Positions 56,947-64,000 of a stretch of 64,000 nucleotides of DNA are shown one piece after another. Origin of the DNA: a virus. The translations under genes and the position numbers were made by a program. The stretch is taken from IMG/VR virus record IMGVR_UViG_3300031521_000001, one strand, 5' to 3'. Within the stretch, counting starts at the first letter, position 1, and each line of letters begins with the position of its first letter. Below the pieces are notes generated by a model that saw only the letters and a program-made list of their open reading frames with translations, made no database searches and was not told where the DNA came from.

Positions 56947-57389
56947 TATTTATAAGATTTTAATATTTTATCTGTATCTCTTTTAATATCTCTTTCTTTG
57001 ATATGTTCTTTTTTACTGTATGTATTTTTACCTTTTGCAATACAAATTGTAACTTTACAAAGTCCTTTATCGTTTATGAACATATTTTTTGCTATAATAG
57101 TAAAACCTTTTTCTTTTACTTTTTTACGAATTTTATACAATTCTTTCTTTTTAAGTAGAAGTTTTCTTGGTCTCCTTGGCTCATGATTATATCTATTACC
57201 AAATTCATATTCATCAATATGTGAGTTCAATAAAAACAATTCATCTCCTTGAAATGCACAATAACTATCAGCAATTGATGCTTTACCTAATCTTATTGAT
57301 TTTATTTCTGTTCCAACCAATACAATACCTGACACAAAATCATCAAGTAATTCATATTCGTAAGATGCTTTTTTATTTTTAACTATCAT
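56946..57389 (-). CDS. smpB: SsrA-binding protein SmpB
   Basis: NKKASYEY, GIVLVGTEIKSIR, HI.EY, NHEP.R.RKLLL, AKGK; start reassigned to 57389. Confidence 0.93.
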   Translation of the reverse strand: MIVKNKKASYEYELLDDFVSGIVLVGTEIKSIRLGKASIADSYCAFQGDELFLLNSHIDEYEFGNRYNHEPRRPRKLLLKKKELYKIRKKVKEKGFTIIAKNMFINDKGLCKVTICIAKGKNTYSKKEHIKERDIKRDTDKILKSYK

Positions 57390-57457
57390 TTTAATGTTAT
57401 TTATTTTGTACAAAGATACACAATTTTTTTAAATATACAATAAATTACTAATAGAAT

Positions 57458-57829
57458 TTAATATAAATTATCAATATCATAAATCCAAAAATTTAATTTG
57501 CCTTTTATATTTTCGATAGGAATATCAAATAATATTGGATTTTTTAATATCCAATGATACATACCTTCTTCAGCCCAAATTGAGTTTGAATTTTTTATAC
57601 AATCAACAATTTCTACACTTCCAATTATTGAGCCAAATTTCATATTTTTATTTATATCAAATAAAATATGATTTTTTTGCTCTATACTTATGATAGATTT
57701 TGATATTTTTTTTGAAGAATGTATCAATACTCTACCTCTCACATTAGTTTTCCAACTACGATTTTCAACATCTTTTATTCCTGAACATATTAGATATGAC
57801 CATGGTTGTTTTATTGAAATTACTTTCAT
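57458..57829 (-). CDS. ASCH domain protein
   Basis: SIKQPWS..I..GIKDVENRSW.T..RG..LIHS, KGKLNFW. Confidence 0.88.
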   Translation of the reverse strand: MKVISIKQPWSYLICSGIKDVENRSWKTNVRGRVLIHSSKKISKSIISIEQKNHILFDINKNMKFGSIIGSVEIVDCIKNSNSIWAEEGMYHWILKNPILFDIPIENIKGKLNFWIYDIDNLY

Positions 57830-57831
57830 TA

Positions 57832-58200
57832 TTATTCAACATCTGATTCTAACAACTCATAAAAATTTGAATCATCATTAAACATAACATCTTCCATGAA
57901 TTGTGAAAATCTTTCATTATCAAACTCACGAATACAACACATTCCTTCTTCATAATCTGTAATACACTCAAATTCATTATCATCTTTTACTATAATACAT
58001 GAACCTTTACAATTATCACAATCACAACATTTTTCAACATCTAAAGATGACACTTCAGTTTTAAACCAGCAACTTGAGTATTCTTCATGTATATCTGAAA
58101 GAATTTTTTTTGTTTTTGATACATAATCTGAAATGTTCATCTTTACTATTTCTTTTTCATCAAATTCTTCACTAAAAAAATCAAAATTTATATTTTCCAT
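57832..58200 (-). CDS. Cys-rich acidic hypothetical protein
   Basis: ORF; CCDCDNC. Confidence 0.5.
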   Translation of the reverse strand: MENINFDFFSEEFDEKEIVKMNISDYVSKTKKILSDIHEEYSSCWFKTEVSSLDVEKCCDCDNCKGSCIIVKDDNEFECITDYEEGMCCIREFDNERFSQFMEDVMFNDDSNFYELLESDVE

Positions 58201-58208
58201 ATTATTAA

Positions 58209-59285
58209 TTATTCAAAAACGTTATCATCATAGAATTTTTCAATTGCCTCCTTATAAAATAAAACTTCTTTCATATTTATTGGACTGAAGTGATGTCCAT
58301 CTACACCAACATCCAATCCATATCTTTTTACCATTTGCCTACAATGAGCATGACCAAATAATGTAAAAAATTTCTTATCAGCATTCAATGGCTCATGTGT
58401 CATGAATAAATACTCATTTTTATCAAATTCATTGAATGGTAAAACTTTTTCTTCATCAATATTTGTTGAAATCATCAAGTCATTATAAACATTTTTAAAT
58501 CCTTTACCTATCAACATTTTTTTAAATGATTTAAAATCACCTTTGTAATCTTTATTCATCTCATCAATTTCATAATTACCTAATATCAAGAATATATTAC
58601 CATTTAATTTATTAATTACTGAATAATCTCCAAAATCACCCAAGTTATAAACATTATCATTAGGTTTTACTACTGAATTCCAACAATTTATCATACATTG
58701 ATCCATCTCTTCAACTGAATCAAAAGGTCTTTTAGACAATTCAAGAGTTCTTTTACTACCAAAGTGATCATCAGACGTAAAGAATGTATCTGGTTTAGAA
58801 TTAGATAGAACATCTATTTTATTTTTAACCTCTTTCAATAATTCATTATAAGTATTAAGAATTTTAACTCCATAATCTTTTTCAAGTCTATTCTTAATAT
58901 ATCTTTTCATTGGAAAATTATCATCAATTCCAATTATTATTTTTTTACTACATTTTGCTATCCATTCACCTACTTCAAATCTGGTAGTTTGTCCATACAT
59001 TCTACCTTCTATTTTTTCTTCTTCTTTTGGAAGCCAAAAAACAATAATATCTGATTCATTCAAATATTCAGTTTCCCATTTTACTTGTTCATCAAAATTA
59101 AATTTTGATTTGTCTAATGATTTTCTTCTTGGATTAGTAACTACCAAATTTTTGTAACCTGATAAATCATCACATATTTCTTTTTGCCAATTAGGAGCAC
59201 CTTGAATTGGTCCACCCAAAAAAACACACACATTATTACCTTTTTCTTCTTCAAATATTTCAGGACTTGTTATAATTTTTGTCAT
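58209..59285 (-). CDS. Nucleoside 2-deoxyribosyltransferase-like domain fused to a calcineurin-like metallophosphoesterase
   Basis: VFLGGPI..APNWQ, NPRR, QVKWE, TTRFEVGE; then FTSDDHFG, LGDF, LGNYE, HEP, FGHAH, DVGVD. Confidence 0.8.
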   Translation of the reverse strand: MTKIITSPEIFEEEKGNNVCVFLGGPIQGAPNWQKEICDDLSGYKNLVVTNPRRKSLDKSKFNFDEQVKWETEYLNESDIIVFWLPKEEEKIEGRMYGQTTRFEVGEWIAKCSKKIIIGIDDNFPMKRYIKNRLEKDYGVKILNTYNELLKEVKNKIDVLSNSKPDTFFTSDDHFGSKRTLELSKRPFDSVEEMDQCMINCWNSVVKPNDNVYNLGDFGDYSVINKLNGNIFLILGNYEIDEMNKDYKGDFKSFKKMLIGKGFKNVYNDLMISTNIDEEKVLPFNEFDKNEYLFMTHEPLNADKKFFTLFGHAHCRQMVKRYGLDVGVDGHHFSPINMKEVLFYKEAIEKFYDDNVFE

Positions 59286-59507
59286 TTATTATTTTTAATT
59301 TTTATAATATGATATACTCATAATATTATTTATATTTGTTTCTATTTTAGAATTTCTTTATTCAATTAATCTTCATCATTAATAGCTTCTAATTGAGAAA
59401 TTTTAATCAATTGTTTAGTTTCATTTATAGTAAAAACACGCCTACCACTATCATTAGTAAGAGTATCTATCAATAAATCTGTTTTTGTTTTCATATTTTA
59501 ATTTTTT

Positions 59508-60197
59508 TTATATTAGATGTACGATTTTTTTTGCTGCTTTAATACAACCCATCACATCTCCTTCACAATAAGTTTGAATTTTATCTAGTTCTTTAGTTTT
59601 CCAAAAATATTTATGTACATCTTTACCAGCCATAATATCTTTTGGACTATCTATACCTAATGTGTATAACATTTCATCAAATGAAACAATTTCTAATGTA
59701 CCAAGACTTTTCCAAACTTCAGCTAAATCAGCAACATTCATCTCCCATGGTTTAACACTATGAGTTTTAATTATTTTAGGAATTATATAACCATATTTTA
59801 ACATTTTTCTATTAAGCCATGGAATATCAAATCCTTTTATATAAAAACCACTCAATCCCAATAAAGAATTATTAGATACATTCATTAGGGATTTCTGTGT
59901 TTGTTTGATTATATATTCTTCATCCTCATTACATACAGACATCATTTTAATTTCATCATTTTTAGTAACTCGAGCCATGGAAACACAAACTACTCTACCA
60001 AACTCTGGAATCAAAGGTGATTTATTAAGATATACATCATTTGGGTCTTCTTTCCAATCTAAAAATTGTGGACTTTTTCTTTCTATTTTACGCATAAAAA
60101 GGTCATATCCTCTGATGTCGTTCTCTTTTAGAGATGACAAATCTGGATAAAACCCTGCAGTTTCAATGTCAATATATACTAAATCTTTATAATCCAT
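59508..60197 (-). CDS. PolB-type stand-alone 3'-5' exonuclease
   Basis: YIDIET, PEFGRVVCVS, GFDIPWL, YCEGDV. Confidence 0.82.
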   Translation of the reverse strand: MDYKDLVYIDIETAGFYPDLSSLKENDIRGYDLFMRKIERKSPQFLDWKEDPNDVYLNKSPLIPEFGRVVCVSMARVTKNDEIKMMSVCNEDEEYIIKQTQKSLMNVSNNSLLGLSGFYIKGFDIPWLNRKMLKYGYIIPKIIKTHSVKPWEMNVADLAEVWKSLGTLEIVSFDEMLYTLGIDSPKDIMAGKDVHKYFWKTKELDKIQTYCEGDVMGCIKAAKKIVHLI

Positions 60198-60214
60198 ATT
60201 ACATTTATACCATA

Positions 60215-60514
60215 TTATTTCATTAGTTTATTTAATTTATTTAATTTTTCTAATCTAATTATAATTGATACTAATTTAGATTCATTCTTTTCTAATTCAC
60301 TAAAAGTACGAAGATTTTTTAAATCTTCAATTAATTCTTCTAATTCTATAGTTTCCAATTTAATTTTTCTAATTTGCTTTTTTGCTAAATCATAATAATA
60401 TCCTCTATATTCAACAAAACTAAAAAAGTCTCTAATATCCATTTTAGTATAATCAGATGGAGTATCCAAATATATTTGATATGCTTTCCAGTCCAATTCT
60501 GTAAATTTCATCAT
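60215..60514 (-). CDS. Hypothetical protein with RKxKL motifs
   Basis: IRKIKLETI and IRLEKLNKL. Confidence 0.5.
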   Translation of the reverse strand: MMKFTELDWKAYQIYLDTPSDYTKMDIRDFFSFVEYRGYYYDLAKKQIRKIKLETIELEELIEDLKNLRTFSELEKNESKLVSIIIRLEKLNKLNKLMK

Positions 60515-61410
60515 TTATCTTTTTTCTTTCTATTTGCTAAAATTTCTTCCCTGCTAATTATAAATTTTAATTTTTCATTGGGTGATTCTTTTGTGTATGG
60601 TTTAACATCAACTCTTTTATTTGATATATCAACATATTCTTCATTAATATCAATCCCTATATAATTTCTATTATTCATCTTAGACATTTTACAAACCGTG
60701 CCACTTCCTACCATTGGATCTAATACTACATCTCCTTCATTACTCCATGATAAAATATGATCCTCTGCTAAACTCTCAGGAAAAGCTGCTGGATGTGCAA
60801 ATGCAAATTTATCTTTTGTGGTGAAACCTGCTCCATTATTTATATGCCAAACATTATATCTATATCCTAATTTACTAACAGTGAAACTTTTACTTTTTTT
60901 TAGTTCACCATCTTTAGTTCTAGCACTAGGAGTTCCAAAATTTTTGCTTCCAGCCCAACGATTCTCTTTATCACGAAACAAGTTGACTGTTTTAGGTTTA
61001 CCCTTTGAAAAAATAAACATATATTCGAATACTTGAGAGTATCTACCAGATTCAGGAAATGCAGGTCCATTCTTGTGATATATCATTGTATCATGAATAT
61101 TAAATCCTATTTCTTTAAATTTTAATGCTTGTCTAAAAGAATCACCACTCTCAGAGCCATCAACTATCTGATCACCAATAACCCAAACAACAACTCCTCC
61201 ATCTTTAGTTATTCTATATAATTCCTCTACCATTGGTATAAATGGAAAACTATAACCATCAAACTCATTCTTATCTTTTACAACACCTTTATATGTTCGC
61301 AATGAACCATATGGAGGACTTGTGACTGTAAGGTCAACACTATTATCAGGCATTTTTGACATTATATCAACAGCATCACCACATATTATTTTATTCAAAA
61401 AATCATTCAT
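60511..61410 (-). CDS. N4-cytosine/N6-adenine DNA methyltransferase (beta class)
   Basis: TSPPY, HPAAFP, VLDPMVGSGT, YIGIDIN. Confidence 0.9.
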   Translation of the reverse strand: MNDFLNKIICGDAVDIMSKMPDNSVDLTVTSPPYGSLRTYKGVVKDKNEFDGYSFPFIPMVEELYRITKDGGVVVWVIGDQIVDGSESGDSFRQALKFKEIGFNIHDTMIYHKNGPAFPESGRYSQVFEYMFIFSKGKPKTVNLFRDKENRWAGSKNFGTPSARTKDGELKKSKSFTVSKLGYRYNVWHINNGAGFTTKDKFAFAHPAAFPESLAEDHILSWSNEGDVVLDPMVGSGTVCKMSKMNNRNYIGIDINEEYVDISNKRVDVKPYTKESPNEKLKFIISREEILANRKKKDK

Positions 61411-61543
61411 ATTTATATTTATATTTATATTTATATTTATCTATCTTTTATATAAATAAAAACTTATTATGTTTAACAAAAAAAAGAGAATACAAGTTAA
61501 TGTATTCTCTTTTTTTTACTAAAAATTATTATATGTAATTAAA

Positions 61544-61975
61544 TCAACTAAATATACATGCAATTAAAATATCAACAAACCCAAATCCTAAACCAATCAA
61601 AAACATTGTACCTGCAAATGAAAAATCACCAACCAAAAATGATAAAAATGAAATAACAATAAATATTAATGCTATGATAAATATTATAACACCTATCATT
61701 GGAATTTTACTTTTACTATTCCAATCAATACCTTCGAGGGTTTTTTCATTTGAAGTTTTTTGATCACCACTAATACCTTCACCAGGATTGAATTTTTTCC
61801 CACATTTTAAGCAAGTTATTTTAGTTTTATTACTACCTATAAATCCTGCTAATAAACCAACACCACCTGTTAATGCTGCACCTGCAGCAGCTTTTCCAAC
61901 TCCAAATCCTTTTTTTTCTGTTGATAATTGTATTGATCCACACTTAGGACATCTAATTTGATCATTATTTTTCAT
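61544..61975 (-). CDS. Zn-ribbon membrane protein
   Basis: CPKCGS..KKGFG.GKA..G..L.GG.GLLAG..CLKCG plus two TM helices. Confidence 0.7.
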   Translation of the reverse strand: MKNNDQIRCPKCGSIQLSTEKKGFGVGKAAAGAALTGGVGLLAGFIGSNKTKITCLKCGKKFNPGEGISGDQKTSNEKTLEGIDWNSKSKIPMIGVIIFIIALIFIVISFLSFLVGDFSFAGTMFLIGLGFGFVDILIACIFS

Positions 61976-62071
61976 ACATAAATAACTTTAACCTATACAA
62001 GTGAGGTTTTTAAATTTTATATAAAAATAATAAAATTATTTCATATATGCAAATATTTTTAATAAAATTAT

Positions 62072-62260
62072 TTAAAATTCTTCTTCAAATTTTTCACCTC
62101 TACTAATCAAATCATCTTTTATAAGTTTTTCAATATACTTTGATTTATTTGTGTAACCATTCTCAGTTAAGTAAGATTCTAATTTTTCATTGAGTAATAT
62201 ATTCACTGAAACAGAAAACTCTTTCTTTTTCTCATCATCTGATAGTTTTTTCCTAGACAT
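62072..62260 (-). CDS. Ribbon-helix-helix-like small protein
   Basis: FSVSVN beta strand, helix, NKSKYIEKLI helix. Confidence 0.55.
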   Translation of the reverse strand: MSRKKLSDDEKKKEFSVSVNILLNEKLESYLTENGYTNKSKYIEKLIKDDLISRGEKFEEEF

Positions 62261-62383
62261 AAATAATTTTTTATTTTTATATCGTAAAAATCAAAAAAAG
62301 ATTGAAATATTTTTAAAATAATTGTAAAATAATTGTTTTTGACTTTAAAATATTTATATATACTATAAAATAAAGAACATAAC

Positions 62384-62551
62384 ATGAAAAGACAAGTAAC
62401 AAAAAAATCTATGACAGTTGTAATAGATAAGAATATATATGAAGCAATTGAACGTTTATTCTGTAACAAATCTAAATATATAAATTGGCTTATATATCAG
62501 GACTTATTGAAGAATACTAATGATGAAGAAATTAAAAAATTATTATTGTAA
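62384..62551 (+). CDS. Second RHH-like protein, divergent from the first (55 aa, not in the ORF track)
   Basis: MKRQVTKKSMTVVIDKNIYEAIERLFCNKSKYINWLIYQDLLK... Confidence 0.55.
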   Translation: MKRQVTKKSMTVVIDKNIYEAIERLFCNKSKYINWLIYQDLLKNTNDEEIKKLLL

Positions 62552-62552
62552 A

Positions 62553-63818
62553 ATGAAGAAATTAACTACAGAAGAATTTATACAGAAAGCAAAAAATGTA
62601 CATGAAGATAAATATGATTATTCATTAGTTGAATATATAAATTCATATACTAAGGTGAAAATAATATGTCCTACACACGGCATATTTGAACAAAAACCGA
62701 ATGGTCATTTAGATAAAAAAGGTTGTTCAGAGTGTAGTGGTAATAAGAAATTATCTAAAGATGAATTTATACAAAAATCAAAAAATATACATGGTAATAA
62801 ATATAATTACAGTTTAGTGAATTATTTTAATTCTAAAACAAAAGTTAAAATTATATGCGAAAAACATGGCATTTTCGAACAAAATGCAAATAGTCATATT
62901 ATAGGATATGAATGTTCAAAATGTAGTTATAATGATAGATATGTATTTATTGAAAAATCTAAACAGATACATGGTAATAAATATGACTATTCTTTAGTTA
63001 ATTATACAAATGCATTAAATAAAATAATTATAATATGTCCTGAACACGGTGAATTTACACAATTACCATATAATCATTTAAGTGGTAATGGTTGTAAAGA
63101 ATGTTGCACATTAAATAAAAAATTAAAAATTGATGAATTTATACAAAAATCTATGGTTACACATGGAGATAAGTATGATTATTCTTTAGTTAATTATAAA
63201 GATAGTAAAACAAAAGTTAAAATTATATGCAAAAAACATGGGGTATTTGAACAAAAACCAAATGAACATTTAAATGGTAAAGGATGTGCAAGGTGTTTTA
63301 ATACATTCAAATTAACAACAACTGAATTTATAATTAAATCAAAGGAAATACATGAAAATAAATACAATTACAGTTTGGTGAATTATGTTAATTCCAAAAC
63401 AAAGGTTAAAATTATATGTTCTATACATGGCATTTTCGAACAAATACCTAATTGTCATACAGCACAAAAACAAGGATGCCCGATATGTAAAGAAAGTAAA
63501 GGTGAAAGAATTATTAGACAATTTTTATTGAAAAATAATATAATTTTTATAACACAGAAAACATTTAGTAAATGTTTATCAGATAAAAATAAAAAGTTAA
63601 AATTTGATTTTTATTCAATAGACTATAATATGTGCATAGAATATGATGGTATTCAGCATTTTGAATCTGTTGAATATTGGGGAGGTGAAAAAGATTTCAT
63701 AAAAAGACAAATGTATGATCAAATAAAAAACGAATATTGTTTAAAAAACAATATTCGTTTAATACGAATTAGATATGATGAAAATATAGAAGAAATACTA
63801 AATAGTTATTTTTTATAA
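62553..63818 (+). CDS. Free-standing endonuclease with five DUF723-like CxxHG repeats + PD-(D/E)XK domain
   Basis: H..KY.YSLV.Y..S..KVKIIC..HG.F.Q repeats; ESKGE, FDFY, CIEYDGIQHF; start probably 62553. Confidence 0.8.
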   Translation: MKKLTTEEFIQKAKNVHEDKYDYSLVEYINSYTKVKIICPTHGIFEQKPNGHLDKKGCSECSGNKKLSKDEFIQKSKNIHGNKYNYSLVNYFNSKTKVKIICEKHGIFEQNANSHIIGYECSKCSYNDRYVFIEKSKQIHGNKYDYSLVNYTNALNKIIIICPEHGEFTQLPYNHLSGNGCKECCTLNKKLKIDEFIQKSMVTHGDKYDYSLVNYKDSKTKVKIICKKHGVFEQKPNEHLNGKGCARCFNTFKLTTTEFIIKSKEIHENKYNYSLVNYVNSKTKVKIICSIHGIFEQIPNCHTAQKQGCPICKESKGERIIRQFLLKNNIIFITQKTFSKCLSDKNKKLKFDFYSIDYNMCIEYDGIQHFESVEYWGGEKDFIKRQMYDQIKNEYCLKNNIRLIRIRYDENIEEILNSYFL

Positions 63819-64000
63819 TTATTAATATGTATATATTTCATTGTTTCAACCATTGTAGGATCACCAATTGCCTTAATTGCATCATCTGATAACTTAACAC
63901 AAGGAATTCCATTTGCACTAGTAAGTTTAATTACCATGTTCATTGGTTTACTTTTTTCACATTTATTACTTTTTTTTGAAAAATCCGATGTCAGAAAAGT
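63806..64000 (-). CDS. pncB: Nicotinate phosphoribosyltransferase, C-terminal fragment
   Basis: Minus frame TFLTSDF...KPMNMVIKL...NGIPCVKLSDD..KAIGD. Confidence 0.75.
   Translation of the reverse strand, partial: TFLTSDFSKKSNKCEKSKPMNMVIKLTSANGIPCVKLSDDAIKAIGDPTMVETMKYIHINNYKK

Noticed and set aside
61410-61440. (ATATTT)n run
   Set aside because: Simple microsatellite in an AT-rich spacer; no evidence of function
1-64000. Alternative genetic code, as in some jumbo phages
   Set aside because: Long conserved genes are intact in code 11, TAG and TGA occur as genuine stops, and no suppressor tRNA was found

Overview
This 64 kb window is very AT-rich, uses the standard genetic code, and comes from a large T4-like (myovirus, probably jumbo) phage. 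Repeated TTTG-N20-TAnnTTTG promoters and the general lack of Shine-Dalgarno sites point to a Bacteroidota host. The left part holds virion genes: gp55-like late sigma, gp4, gp2-like, portal, prohead protease-scaffold fusion, major capsid, baseplate gp6/gp25 and a terminase split into two genes by a trans-splicing intein. It also holds a 7-gene glycosyltransferase block, Thr-rich proteins, a family of small terminally tagged proteins and many free-standing endonucleases. The right part holds accessory genes (mgsA, smpB, SpoT-like hydrolase, DNA MTase, pncB) and a 10-tRNA cluster. The top finding is an unannotated 35-codon leader ORF (53336-53229) upstream of the tRNA cluster. Fourteen consecutive codons in it specify only the five amino acids (Ser, Lys, His, Phe, Trp) served by the downstream tRNAs. 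It sits in a complete 1:2 / 2:3 / 3:4 attenuator, so it is a candidate ribosome-based sensor that turns on replacement tRNAs when those tRNAs are depleted. All protein calls come from motif recognition by eye; no database search was run.
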